64,000 nucleotides of DNA, taken from Lama glama. Taxonomy: Eukaryota. The DNA is taken from positions 33,172,001-33,236,000 of the forward strand of contig CM052818.1 in the NCBI GenBank assembly GCA_028534125.1. Reading direction: 5' to 3'. Numbering within the stretch: position 1 is the stretch's first letter; the number at the start of each line of letters is the position of its first letter. Made by a program: the position numbers and the translations under genes. This document shows positions 12,813 through 26,300 of the stretch, one piece after another. The notes beneath the pieces were generated by a model. It was not told the DNA's origin. It saw only the letters and a program-made list of their open reading frames with translations, and made no database searches.

Positions 12813-13034
12813 AAGGGGTTGGCTAATTTTTTCTGTATGGGCCAAAAACTAAATATTTTTGGCTTTGCAGACCATATGTGGTCTGCTGGAACTACTCACT
12901 CTGCCATTGTTGCATGAAGGCAGCTGTAGAAAATCAGTTTAAAAATGGGTATGGCTATGTTTCAATAAAACTTTATTTACAGAAACAGGCAGAGGGCAGG
13001 ATTTACCCTGCAGGCAGCAACTTGCCAATCCCTG
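12813..13034. mobile_element. hAT-Charlie MITE, MER58A-like
   Basis: Termini aggggttggc...gccaatccctg; internal ggctttgcagaccata, ctgccattgt, ggctatgtttcaataaaactttatttacagaaacagg; diverged 8-bp TSD (ggctagat/gactggag). Confidence 0.85.
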
Positions 13035-14169
13035 GACTGGAGTTTTTAAAAAATGTTTCCCATTTGCAAGAAATAACGATTGATTCACTTACTTTGCTCT
13101 CTTGGCCATTTCGTTTCCATCCCATCTGGGGCTGTATGGATAATTTTTCTGGGCCTGGGAATAAAGCTGTCCACTGTTGGTAAAGTGATAGACGGACTGG
13201 AACGTGAGAGTCGGCTGGTCTCGAGGAAAAAACAGGGGCAGGTCAACTGCAAAGACAGAAAACAAGGAAAAGGTGGTTAGGGTTTAAATGTACATTAATA
13301 CACTTTTTAAGCTAAATTTTAATGTTAGGTACAAGACACTATGTGAACCACAAATCCTGGTTGAGGCTTAGGTGAAAAGTATGGAGAGTGGGACCAAGAA
13401 ACACAGTGTACCTTCCCTGCTTTCAAGGAGTTTACAGTCTAGGTAGAGAGGCAGATCACACATAAATAAAAGTTTAACCAATACTAGGCATGATACATAG
13501 GTGCTGAAGGAATGCTATGAAATGGTTATAGAAGCTGGGCACCCTGGCCACCTGACCTGCTATGACACTTACCTTGTCTAGTATTCCATGGGGCAGTTAG
13601 TTGTATATCTGTTTTAAGTTTCTATTATATCATAAATTCCTCAAAGGTTGGGCAGTGTCTTCCTCATCTAGAAATTGATGGAGGATGTGGGATGCAGACT
13701 CCTTAAAGAATGAATGTGGAAAGGGGCTCAAGAGGGCAAGTGATAATCTTCCTTCTTTATAGGATATGTAACTGGACCACCAGAAAAAAATAAAGTTGTC
13801 ACTTTACTTCCAATCAAGCAGTAAATTTTGATACTCAGCAGTTTTATATTTTTCCTTATGTGTTATCATACACATCTCTTAAATCAGCGGGAGCTCCTCC
13901 ATGGAATTCAACAGGGCCGAATCTGAGCACTACATGTATCTACTGTTACAGTTTAGACTGATTCTAATATTTCCTGTTAACAAGTATTAGGTGCCTTATC
14001 TGTTCACTTGGGGATCCTTTAAATCAATTGTTTTAGTTAAGGCAAACTCATTAAAAACACAATTTCAATAGCACATTCCTCAAGGTATATAATGTGTATA
14101 TAATATGTGACTGTTCCTCACTTCTAGGACAAGGGATAGGCATATTAATTTATAAAAAATAATAACAAG

Positions 14170-14410
14170 AAAAATGTGCACAGACTTTTCTAGCTTTACA
14201 GAGTAATTTTATATTCTTTATCCAATATGATGCTTATAACTATTTGAAGCAGACATTATTTTTACCATCTGCATTTAACAGATGAACAAACCTGAGATGC
14301 CAAGAGGTTTCTTAACTTGCTCACGCCGTAGCTACGCAGAGGCAGGACTCAACTCTAGCCCCATGATCTAAATCCTAAGCTCCTTCAACTGGGCCACGTT
14401 GCCTCCTACT
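14170..14410 (-). mobile_element. MIR SINE
   Basis: catttaacagatgaacaaacctgagatgccaagaggtttcttaacttgctcac...gcagaggcaggactcaactctag. Confidence 0.65.
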
Positions 14411-15979
14411 CTTGAGAATAGTGGTATAACCTGCTCACAACACACTCGCCATGTCATAATGACAATTTAGGCAGCTGAAGTCTCTACTGTGAAGGATGTA
14501 CAAGGTTCATCTTTTTGGCTACATGAGACAAATATATGAAATTAAAATACATACTAGATAGTTATATATCTATCACTGTGTCATTTTAGGGTGACATTTG
14601 ACTTGGACTGGGCCCTCTAAGTACCCAAAATGATTTCTTGAAGGAAGTTAGGTTTGTAGCAAACTTAAAAAAAAAATGTCCAGTTGGTAGGGCCTCTTAG
14701 ACCTCTGGGTATATTTGACTCTGAGTCAGTGCCACAGGGGGTTTCTACAAATGAATCACTGCATAACCAAAGAAGAGTGGCAAAATTTTCAATGTCCACT
14801 TTTTAGTCACATTTTCCAAGTGCCTCAATGCAGTTTCAATACATGTCTATTTGTGCCAAAGCAGAGATCTGGTAACATATAGGAACAATACAAAACCTGA
14901 AAAACAGACTCACTCAAATGGATTCAGAAAACCCTTATAAACCCCTTCATCTTACAGAGCTTGATCTGTAACATCTTCAGTCATTTTCAACAAATATTGT
15001 TTTCTGAAATTGTTTCCCTCTTTTGATTCATTTTATTTCCTCTGATTAATTTTATAAAAATGCCTATTCACATATACTTTAATTTGACTTCAACTATGTT
15101 TATTTTATATACAAGTTTCCAAATATAAAATGATATTCAGATTAACCCCCAGAGAAATAGCAATAGCACTGGTGAAAAGTATTTAACATGCAAGCTTCCC
15201 CTCAAAACAGCAATAATTTTAAATAATAAAATTCAGTGGGAATAATTTCTAAATTTAAAGTAAGTACAGTCACCATTCAGTATTCAAGTAACACAGACAA
15301 TACCACAAACTTCATGATTCTCAAACTATCAGCTTTTTGAGGCTTTGGGACGAAATTTTTTTTGAGGGGCTCCTTTTTTGTTGTAGAAAATGAGTTGCCA
15401 GTATTCTGATATGCTGAAAAATGATTTTCCCACCTAGCTCTGAACCATTCACTCTGACCTTCTATAAATGCCCAATTAAGACCAGAAACAATTCAAAATG
15501 TGAATGTAAATTTATTTACCTGGGCAAGTGAGTTGTTCTGATTTAAAAAAAAAATTGCTAGCCAGCTGTATGTTGATCTGTACCATGATCCCCTCAAAAG
15601 CACTGATAACATGACTATTTCTCCATGGAGAGTTTTCTTAAAAAGTGTAGTTGAAGCCAATATTAACATTTGAACCCAGTGGCTGGATTATTAGGGGGGC
15701 AGGAATGGTCAGAGCAATTCAGAGATAAAACCGGTAATACGTATGAATTCACATGTGAGAAAATAAAATTAGAAAAATATAAATATCTCGCTCAGCTTAA
15801 CTAAGATGTACTCTGTCTGGATCAGTCAGCAGTCAATAAAAGGCTGCCTTCTTTCAAAGTGTTCTAAGCATAAGAAGGGGTTAATGCCTAAAATACTTAT
15901 GACAAATAACTTTGCATTTTTCTTGTAAGAATGACTTGAATGGGACAAATTAGTCAGAATTAAAAACAAAAACAAAAGG

Positions 15980-16140
15980 GGGGAAGGTATAGCTCAGCGG
16001 TAGTGTGCCTAGCACGCACAGTGTCCTGGGTTTAATCCCCAGTACCTCCATTAAAGATAAATAATAAAAACCTAAATACCTCCCCCCAAATTAAAAAAAA
16101 TTAATAAATCAATTAATTTTTTTAAAAGAGGAGTGTTTAA
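15980..16140 (+). mobile_element. tRNA-derived SINE, camelid vic-1-like
   Basis: GGGGAAGGTATAGCTCAGCGGTAG (A box)...CTGGGTTTAATCCCCAGTACCTCCA (B box, tRNA-like end), then an AT-rich spacer, ACCTCCCCCC and an A-rich tail. Homologous to the copies at 22437 and 29607. Confidence 0.85.
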
Positions 16141-17344
16141 AAAAACAAATAAACAAGACCTGTTTTCCTTATCCTCAAATGTTTCTGTCACTACATTTTG
16201 CCTATAGGCCAGCTCAAGATTTTCTGATGCATAGCAAAATAATGACTGCAGGGCTTCAAATAGCTAATCTGCTTTAGGGAACTCCCAAGGTTCTAAGCTG
16301 TCTGGGCTCAGAGTCTCAGCCACATCAAATCTGAACATTTTCACATTTGCTTCCTTAGAACCCAACCTGTCTATGAGCTCGGGTTCGATTCTCAGAGTAG
16401 AAACATCCCATGTGGCTCAGTTACTCACTGTCAGTACTATTTTGACAACTGCTTCCTATTTCCTTCCTCCTGTAGACAGAGACTGAATTTTGGTCAGCTC
16501 TCTACCCACAGAAGGGATGGTCCTCCCTTGTTCGGTATAATTTCAATAACCATTTTCAAAGCATGACTGTCTTCAAGAACTTGTTGAAACAAGTCACACC
16601 CAAACACTTCTAATTCTGCTCAACCTGGGCATTTCACAGGTGTCCCTCACAGGGCTCTGACGCCCTGGCAGCAGGCAGGAATAATTAAGTTCTGCACCAG
16701 CTTGTCTCATGCTGGACGGTCGCTGCGGTGACTGGTTCCACGGGTCACAGTCCCAGAGCTGGTGGTGGTGCTGTTCAAGCAACCACCAGCCATACAGCTT
16801 TGAGAGGGAGCTGAATGCACTGATCAGTTTGCTGCCTCTCTCTTTAAATCATGCTGAGGTTCTGATGGTTTTCCCTTCTCTAGTAAATAAGCTTCACTGT
16901 CCCTAAATGCTCATCCTTTCCCCATAGGAAGACTTCATGAGAGTTGTATCTAAGTTCACAAGACTCTAGAAACTCCTCACTTCCCCCAAATCTCAACAAT
17001 GGGAAAAATGACACTGAACAGCCAAAGGAAATGCTGCGCTATGCATCTGATCCATAGGAAAGCTGTCAGATACTCAGTACATTTCAGGCACAGTTCTAAT
17101 GAGTTTTTTTTTCCAGAAAAAAAATCTAATTATGGCAAGATTAGGACAAGGTACATGAACAACAAGTAGTGATAACCAGCAGTCTGGCCCAAAGAAAGGT
17201 GAGAGAATAGTAAATAAAAGCAGACTTAGTTCATCAAAAAGCATCCCAGTCTGGGCCATTCAGTGTAGGAACAAAGCGCTCAACCATCCCTCAAGCGATT
17301 ACCATACATAGTGATGTTCGCTCCCATTCTTGGTACCAGGGCTG

Positions 17345-17790
17345 ACACTCTTGGTTGCCTATCCAACAGCCATTCTCCAGCCTTCTTTTCTATGGACAGC
17401 ACCCTCCTCCCACCCCACAGTCCAAAAGTGCTGAGTATTCACTCCCTCAGTCTTTCATAAAGCCCAGGCATAGGAATGACTCAGTCTTGCCCATGGAACC
17501 TGAGAGGAAGTCAGCGAGGGGTCTTCTGAGAAAAATTTTCATCTCTGGTTAAAGACCCCCATTTCATTCCTGCCTACATCTTATCACATGAGATCTTAAG
17601 GCAAATCTGTGCCCTCATCTTGTGACCACGTGGGGAAAGTCAGCCTGACATCACTCCGCTGTCAAATCCATCATCTCTGCTACTGCCCAGATCTGGATGT
17701 CATGTTACATGAGACAGTTATGAGTCCTGACTATTTAAACTTCTTTTAATCACGTCTTCTCAGACTTGGAGTCAAAGGCAACTAAGAAAA
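17345..17790 (+). mobile_element. Old ERVL-MaLR LTR (MLT1J/K/L-like)
   Basis: atgactcagtcttgcccatggaacctgagaggaagtc..ggtcttctgagaaaaatttt; catcttgtgaccac; tgttacatgaga..tatttaaac. Confidence 0.65.
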
Positions 17791-18715
17791 CATTGTTTCT
17801 TACAGCTTCTGTTCAAGGGAATAGATTGTATAATCTATTTGAGAACTATTTCCACCAAGCATGGTTAAAAACATTCAAGGCACATAAATAGGAAAGTTTT
17901 AGTTGTCTGGAAAATTCAGTTATGTGGGACAGTTCAATCCTTGAAAATGCCAAACAAATGAGGGGTTAACCATAATTGCTTCCCTGGGAGTCACATCATC
18001 AAATATTTTCATCATTATTCACAAGTCAGCCATTATTTCATTTCTCCTACCCTTCCAAACTCTATACTCTTGAGTTTCTGGGTCAGGAGGGAAGGTGCTC
18101 GTGGACTCGCTTTGTGGTGGTTCTGGTTATGCTCCCATTTCCATTTCTCTCAGGCCCCTCCAGTTCCTTGAAGCCTCATTAGGAGATAGTTTTAACCCCA
18201 TATTGACTTGCTGGAAGCTCCCCTTTGGACGACGATTCCATCTGAGGTCAACTCTTCCCAAGAAGTGTGGACACTTCTCTTTCCCTGGCTGCCCCCACAG
18301 GGGGCACACAACTAATTAGGGAAGTTGCCATTTATTTACTGCCCACCCCCAATCCTACTAACTACACACTAAACCTTTGAGACACAGATTCTAACCACTA
18401 GGAAGTTAAATATCACACATCCAAAATACTCGCCTACGAGAAATATGAATGTCAAGTTTTCCCATTCAGAAGAATATCTACTCAAGGTATTAAAAATTAG
18501 ATAGTGTTTCCTTTTACTATCACTGCCTTATTTTTAAGTGACAGGGGAGACTAAACATTTATGAGATTTTGTTAAGCAGGTTTCAGATTTCCACTGTCTT
18601 GTTTGATTTGATCATGTAAACAGGTTACCTTTGGGGATTTAGTAGTATTACCAAACTAAAGCCTGAAGTGTCTTGAACTTTGTTGTTAAATCTAAAAATC
18701 TGAATATGGGAGGTG

Positions 18716-18945
18716 ACAGCACGGTATAGTGGAAAAAAGGCACATACAGCCTTTGGAGTCAGATAAGAATGGGTTCAATTCTTAGACCCACCATTTATTA
18801 GTGGTGAGACCACAGGCAAAATACCTCATCTCTTTGAATCTTGATTTTTCTCATCTGTAAAATGAGGATAATAATTCTTATTTCATAGTGTGGTTGAAAG
18901 GACTGAACAAAAACAGAGCAAGGTACAAAATAAATAGTCATTCCT
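18716..18945 (+). mobile_element. MIR SINE, near full length
   Basis: cagcacggtatagtggaaa..ctttggagtcaga..tgggttcaattctt..ccatttattag..ttctcatctgtaaaatgaggataataat. Confidence 0.85.
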
Positions 18946-20179
18946 TCACTCAACTTCCCCTTTTTCTTAGTTTGTTATTTTTTTAAAATCTGGCTTTATA
19001 CACTTTGATATATGTGAAATTTCTAACTATAGCATAAATGTTCACAATGCTTAATTTTAACTATTTTGATGGATTTTTTTCTAAATTTTGTACATGCCTT
19101 CACAACTCAGTAAATATAATATACTGAAAATAATTTAGCCTTTCTTGATGACAGAGAGCACATGAAAAAATCATCATACACACTGGTCTCAAGTGTTAAG
19201 GAGACATAGCTGGCTCTTCTACAAATGCCTCCTACCACGAGCCAGATCCTCCAAGCCATCCTCTGGTAAAGAGCTGATGGACCTTTAGTGTGGTACCCTG
19301 AGGTCCCCAGGGCTAACGAGTGTGACATGCAATTTGCCCCCGACCACAAACTTTCTCTCTTTTTTCTGTTGCCTTTTCCTAGCCAGCTCCTTTTCCTTTG
19401 CCACTTCTCACCAAGGCCAACTGTTTCAATGTCATCTTTCTTGCCTCTTCTCTCTGCTTCTGTCTACTTCATCCCGCGTGTGTCCCTCCCTGACCAGGAC
19501 CTGGTCCTGCAAGGAGGACCTGTGTGGAGCAGGTGCTGCGCGACGTGAAGTGAGGCCATGTGAGCTCTGGGTCGCTGTCCTCAGGCACAGTTTGAGTTCA
19601 GAGACCGTCTCCTCCTCCTCCTTCTCCTCCCTTTTTTGTTGTTTCCTTCCTTCCTTCCAGGTTGACAACTGTATCAGAGTTGAAGTTATAGAAAATCTGG
19701 CCTCTGCTCATATATTTTGTTTAGCATTTGCTTTTGAGGTACTTTACAGATCCAAATGAATCATTCCAACACCCAATGAGCCATTCACATAAAATTCTCA
19801 GAAGAATCTCCAGATGAAAGGGACGTCATAGCTGGCCAGGGAGGAGCCAGGGTCTCTCGCCCTGCCCACATAAACAAACCCCGACTGAGCCAGCCAGGCT
19901 TCTCCTCCCATGATCTCACACACTCTTAGCTGGAAGCGAGCATTGGGCATCACCGTGGAATCAACACGGCAGACGCCTGGGCCTCCCCTCAGACCTCTGG
20001 TTTCTGAAAATGCACCTTAGGTCATACGTCTCCCTAGGTAGGAACCATGGCAAAGACTGAGGGCCCCTACGGGCAGGGGCCATGAGCTGCTTATTTTAGT
20101 ACCCCAAGCACTTAGCGCAGTGTATGGCACAACACAGGAGAGACAATACACGCTTGTGGAACTAAAGAAAAGGGGCATT

Positions 20180-20480
20180 TGAGGGAAACACAAATTAAAA
20201 CCTCAGGGAGATTCCATTTCACATCCACTAGGCTGGCAAACATTTTAAAACCCAACAATCCTCAAGTGTTGTCAAGGCTGTGGAACCCTGGGGTTTCTTA
20301 TCACTGATGAGGAAAATGTAGATTTCTAGAACCTCTTGCACAATAAAGGTGAAGCTGTAAATACTTCATACTCAGCATTCCCACTCCTAAAACACTGCCA
20401 CACGTGCATAAGAAGGCAGGTGGGAGGTTTGCTGTAGCGTTGTTTGTGATAACAAAAATCCCTCCTCCGTCACCACGCTG
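20180..20480 (+). mobile_element. LINE-1 (L1ME-like) ORF2 3' fragment
   Basis: caaattaaaacc..gagattccatttcacatccactaggctggcaaa..aagtgttgtcaaggctgtgga..cagcattcccactccta..gcgttgtttgtgataacaaaaa. Confidence 0.75.
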
Positions 20481-22436
20481 AATAAGCACACTGCACGTTG
20501 CAGGCCTTGTGCTGGAACTGAGGACCCACGATTCCTGGAGACGGATGGTGAGTGACTCTGTGCTCCTTGCTTTCCGGCTTCCTGCGGTGCACCTGGTTTC
20601 TATGTCCCCTGAGGATGCTTCCCTTTTGGACCCCCACATCTCCTCAGGCCTGGCTTCTTGTTCAGTCCCTTCAACCCACTCTTGTTTCTGTGACCCAGTC
20701 CAAGCCAGACTTGCTTCCAGGAAGCCTCTCTTGCCTGCCCTGTCACTCAGTGATTTCTCCATCCTCCAATGTCCCCAGAATCCAGTCTCAGCTGCATCGC
20801 TAACAATTAAGTGTTCTTGCCATGATTTTATATCCTCCACATGTGAATACTGGGCTAGATACACACTAGGCAGTTGATATGTATCTAGTGAGTGACTGGC
20901 ATGGATCATATAAATGAGGAAATGTTGACTACACTAGACATATAAAAAAAGGAAACGTGTTTTTATTTTTATGAGATACAGAAAAAATTTAGCAAGAGAA
21001 AACACCAGAAATAGCATTTAATGCTGTTTAAACTTCTGTCTTTAAAAGAATGTAGTCACAATAAATAAACTCCTGGCCTGGGAGGATTAAAACAGAAATC
21101 TGGCTAAATTAAGGAAGAATTTGATTAAAAATAATCCTTAAGTAAAAATATATTCAGATGTAAAATTCTTGGTACTTATAAGCTGGGCAAAATCTTTAAA
21201 GACTCATAGCTTTTAATTTCAAAAATTCATGGATGATATACCAAATGTAGATGATTAGAAGAAAGAGGACAAACTTAAAATAATTAAAGTAGGGGGAATG
21301 ACACTGGTCAGTTTAAATTCCAGTCTTAAAAATTGAGACTATCCTGCCAGGCACAAATTTGCAACTATTGTGACAACTCCAAAGTGAAAGAGGACTAACG
21401 TGGCTTTATGGGGAAAAAAAAATTCTGGAACTAATCTAGTTTTCTCATTTTAATTTTTGAAAGGATCTGGTTATGAGCTTTATTCTAGAGAAAACAGCAA
21501 CAAGAATCCAAGTTGACAAGCATTCCCATAGCACCTACTGTGAGCAACCCTAGGGAGGCCAAGCTGAGCAAACTCGGTCCTCCCCTGACAGTGCCAGCTG
21601 CACTCCGCCACCACTGTTCTCAGGAAGGGAGGTGATGGAGAGGGTGATAAAGAGGCAGGAACCACCGAGGGGCCTGGGGTGGAAAGACAACCCATCTAAG
21701 GGCTTCAAGTAGGCTTGTTCGATAAGCAGGGTCTTGAAAGATGACTGGGATGCTGACAGGCCACTGCAGTGGGAGGACTGTGACAGGCAAGGGAGGGAGA
21801 AAGGTGTGGGAATTCCAGGCTGAGGGAACAGTAGTGAGCAGTCAGAGCAGAGAAAAGCAAGGGAATGCCAGTGATTGGGGAGGAGGGAATCCAGGCTGAC
21901 AGGATTGGTGCAAAGGGGCTCTGGATTAAAGATGCCCAACTGTGGAAAGCTGTGAGCACAAAGCCAAGGAATGTGGATTTTCTTCCATGAGCAGAGTGCC
22001 ACCTTCAATATTGCTAGGGGCGATATCCCTACCCCCAGCTCTGGTGAGTCAGGCATTTTTCTTAATTGAAGTACCCCCAGCGTGGTATAAATCTCACAGA
22101 ATGGAGAATGTTTTGGAAAGTAGAACACACAAATCAAAAATAAGTTATTATTTATTATTAGAGGAGCACAGTCATTCACTTCCCAGCTTAGGGATTGATT
22201 CCTCTTCATAAAACATCTCTGAAGACTTACTAGTGTATCACTTATGGTCAAACGGAGGCTGAGTGGAATCTGAGTGGAAAGCCTGATCACGGGCTGTCAT
22301 CCGTTTACAGGAGTCTTCCATTTTCTCTCAAACAACTTTAACTTTCTCAGCAGACAATCCGTTGGGTAAGGCCTGAGATCAGGGGTTGGGTATAGGACAG
22401 GGCCGGGACAGAATTAGGTCAAATATGGGGCAGTCC

Positions 22437-22560
22437 TTGTTTGTTTTTGTTATGGGGGGGAGGTAATTAAGTTTATTTATTTTAATGGAGGTACTGAGGA
22501 CTGAACCCAGCACCTTGTGCATGCTAATCATGGGCTCTACTGCTGAGCTATACCCTCCCC
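22437..22560 (-). mobile_element. tRNA-derived SINE, camelid vic-1-like
   Basis: Reverse complement reads GGGGAGGGTATAGCTCAGCAGTAGAGCCCATGATTAGCATGCACAAGGTGCTGGGTTCAGTCCTCAGTACCTCCATTAAAATAAATAAACTTAATTACCTCCCCCCC plus an A-rich tail. Confidence 0.9.
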
Positions 22561-22869
22561 ACTGGGAGGAACCATGCCGCTAAAGGGTGATTGTGTGCTT
22601 CCTCTTAAGATGAGGTGAGAAGCTCTGGTCACAGTGTCATTCCCCTATGCAGAAACCTTCATGAACTTATTTTTTATTTGTGTATTATACTTTCCAAGGA
22701 TTCTCCACTCCAGATTTATACTGTGCTGAGATATCCAAATCAAAGGAAAATGTCTGACCCACTAGATCAGGTGGTTATGGAAATGTGCAAAGGTAAGCCA
22801 CTCTGTCCTCTGGTTTCTTTAGGTTCAGGTCTGTCTGGTGGGATGGACAGAAAAGGGCTTATCTAGGTG

Positions 22870-23345
22870 AGGCTCAGTGGTCATGTGAAGAACACACGTG
22901 CTCTGGAGGTGGCAACCTGGGCTCCACTTAGCCTTGTATCACTTTGGTTGGATGAACACACCTCTAGGCTTTGTTTCCTCATCTATAAAACTAGAAAGGC
23001 TTTAACCTCCAGGTTGCAAAAAAAACCATGTGGTACAGTATCTGGTACATAGAAAGTGCTCAATAAATAAAGGTTGGTGCCTAAAAGGAATGGGAACAGG
23101 ATGGTACAGTGGAAAGAATATTATCTCTGGAATTTGACAGATCTGGGTTTGATTCCTACTCTACCAGTTATGACCGGGGTGACCTCAGGCCATTTGCCAT
23201 TTACTAAACTCTCCAAGTCTAGGTTTTCTTATCTTTAAAATGGGAATATCTACTTTACAAGGCTGGTGGGCAGTATACATGACATAATGAATATATGGAG
23301 AATACTTGACATGTAGCAGACATCCATAAAGGATTGCTACTATTA
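22870..23345 (+). mobile_element. Two adjacent MIR SINEs (~22870-23070 and ~23095-23345)
   Basis: Each has the tRNA-like head and core (gtttcctcatctataaaa; ttttcttatctttaaaatggga); the first ends tggtacatagaaagtgctcaataaat. Confidence 0.75.
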
Positions 23346-26300
23346 CTCACTCTTCTCTTAGAAGCAAAGAAACAAACAAACAAACCTAAGTCTACATAAT
23401 TTCATTTTCTAACCCGACCTCCAGCTAAGAAAATACAACCCACACACTAAAGGTAGGCATGTTCCTTCAGTTAAGCTTCTAACTTAGTTTTGTCCAACTT
23501 TTTATTTGGGGGAAAATTCAGGAGCCCTCAGGAACTCTTCACTTTTAATTCTGTAATTTTCTTCCTTCAAATTAAAAAAATCACAGCTCTGGAGAATGTA
23601 AGGTCAAATGGGGTTTTGCAGCAAAAGTTGACCAGAGGCCAGAAACCATCTGAACAGAGAGGCAACCTGATGAAAACTTGGTCAGACAGCTTTCCTTTGC
23701 GCTTGGATAAAAAAGACCAGAAATGTAATCAGTCTTCATATATTTAAAGATTACGATTTGGTCTGAGAATTATCCAGGTTTTTGTTAAGTTGTTTTGGGG
23801 ACCAGCTCCTTGGTCATTATTTCTTCTGTGAGAACAGGTGGGGGCTACAGTAGGAGAACGGACATTAATTCATATTCCTCCTTGATGTCAATTCCAAATA
23901 GAAATTTCACTTCGGATCAAAGTATGGTTGCTGTCTTAAATGATGTTTTTAAATTGTCATATCCTCCTGTCTAACTAACTTGAATGAAAGAGAATACATT
24001 GTATAAACACAAGGAGATCCTGTTGAGGCAAGCCTTTGATTTAAATGAGTTGCTTGACTTGTACATCCAAATTTAAAGGAATAGGTCATTTTTAAGCAAA
24101 GGTCCTAGACCACTGTTACCCTAAGAGAAGCATATTTGTACCTAATAACTGAGATTTATTCTTGGAAGCTCCAAACTCTTTTTTTTCCCCCTTTAACTGT
24201 TTTTGATTGAAATCCTTCTAAGGTAGCCTTCACATTTACTTCTGCTATATCCCCCTTTAAATGACTCAAAGTTAAAATTACGAATATTAACTCTTAGAGT
24301 GGGCCATATAGTCATGACAGCAGGCCAAATGAGGCACGCCAGCCCTATACTAAGTGTCTCGTGTCTGCTGTCTGTAGTTTCTTGGTTCACTCCATCCCTG
24401 CCGCCCAGCTCAGGCCGTAGGTTAGGCTACACCTACATCCCACAGACCTTCTCTGAGCAGCTAAGCTGCTAGGGACTTGGGAACTAGCGCACTGAGCTCA
24501 TGAGCAGGTGTAAGAGTCAGGCCTGGAGGTCCCTGTGAATGAAACACATGGACTCTGTGACACCTCTTCAGTCTATTCCCTTCTTCTTGTCTGTGTTTTG
24601 GACATGTGTGCTTTCAGGGCAGAGCTGAGCAACAGGCAGGTGAGATACTTCTTAAAAATCTTCATGTCTTGTCACAAAGTGGACATACTCGTTACACCAC
24701 AGTTCAGAAAGAAGCCTTGGAAATCATCTATCCATTTGGTAACTGAGGGCCTGCAGTAGAGTGGAAGCTGCTTGGGCAGCTGCACAGAGAACCCCAGGGT
24801 CCTGACCCCCTATCCCGTGAGCCCCACTGTATGATGCCACTTGTGACTCAGTGCATCTCCCTGCAGGAGCAAGGGAACCACAGCTACTATAGCTGCTTGT
24901 ACAGAATGACTTTGTGTTCTTCCTTAACCCAAATCTGAAAAAATCTCTTACTACAGCAAAGTTAGGCATGGGGGTTCTTGTTTTGTGTTCCATTCTAATA
25001 AATAAGTTTTTTTTTTTAATGCTAAGAAGAAGGAAATCCACATTAACTGAATATCTACCATGTGCTGGGTGCTTCCTGCCGCATGGTTCTCTCTTGCTCC
25101 TTTTTACTAGAGAGGAAGCCTGTCTCCATGGCCAACCCAGGAACTTACTTGCAGCCATGAAGCAGAGATGGGCCAGCAGTAGCCTGGTCCATCCGGACCT
25201 GCAGCCCATGTTCTTTCTACCACAAGGGCTACAAATTAGATTCACTGCTTGTTTCTGACATTCTGGAAGGCGTTTCTACTCAGGGGCGTTTTGGCTCATC
25301 TGCCACCTTAGCCAGGGGTGGCTACAGGCAAGCATGTTCCTGGCCATCAATCAGGAAAGTGCACAGAAGTCTGAGACTGACTCGCACAGTCATGACAGAC
25401 CGAGAGCAGGACAGGATGTGTTTGTCTTTCAGACCTTACGAGTTATTCCCCTGGGTACAATGAGTTCAGACTTTTCAGAATTTTTATTTTTGATGTTTCA
25501 ATTTCCTGGTTTTCTTCCTTTAGCTTGGGAAAATGCTTGATGGTCTTATTTATGGAGTTTTAATGGCATTTGACACTGTGGCTCACTTCTGTTCTTCAAC
25601 TACTGTTTCCATAACATCGTGTTGATCTGTACTTCCCTTCCTTTTAAAATGTTTACTGTCTTCTCTTCTCCATCTGTTTAACAGCCCCTCACAGAACTCA
25701 GGTGAGGTTAATCCTGAAGCCTTGGCCTCAGCTTTCCTCCTTTAGAAAGTCCCAGAAAGTCCCATCTCTCAATTTCCTCAAAAATCTCCCTATCCTTCCC
25801 TGACTGCTCATCTCTGCTTCAGTTGGATAATTCCAGAGGCCTGGTGAGTGTCTTCAAATGTCTTAACATAAGCCTTCTGGCTCAGGTATGTTGTCACATG
25901 TATCGTCTCAGCTGCAGTCTTCTCGATGGAGATGGCATACATCTCATTTACAGGTAAGAGCGCAGAAACTCAAGAAGAGAAAGTAGCTTATTTAGAATTA
26001 TAGTTATGTGAAAGCCGGACCTTAAATTCAGGTCTTCAGATTTCAAATCCAGTGGCCCTAACATCGTTAGGATATTCTGCTATCGACTGGGGAAGGGACA
26101 ATTTTGAACTAAATCACACATCTGAAATCAGAGCCATAAGCTTGCTCCTCTCTCACCCGTTCCGCCAAAAACAAAACCTTTGAGTCACCTTTGACTCTTT
26201 GTCCTGCTGTTTCCATCTCTGGAAAGGCTCGCTGTTGACATCACATCCTGGAGAGGATGGTCCACAAGGCACTGTCCTACCAGGGGCTGGGGGACTGGTG

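Noticed and set aside
15980..16050. tRNA gene (also 22488-22560 and 29679-29754)
   Set aside because: The tRNA-like heads continue into a shared SINE tail, carry stem-breaking changes, and one copy has a TSD; they are SINEs.
20301..20909. 202-aa minus-strand ORF
   Set aside because: It runs antisense across an L1ME fragment and L2-like sequence, with no protein-family features.
21550..22290. Longest ORF in the track (246 aa, - strand) as a gene
   Set aside because: No recognisable domain, Leu/Ser/Pro-rich composition, non-ATG start, and it overlaps L2-like sequence (~21700-21960); consistent with a chance ORF.
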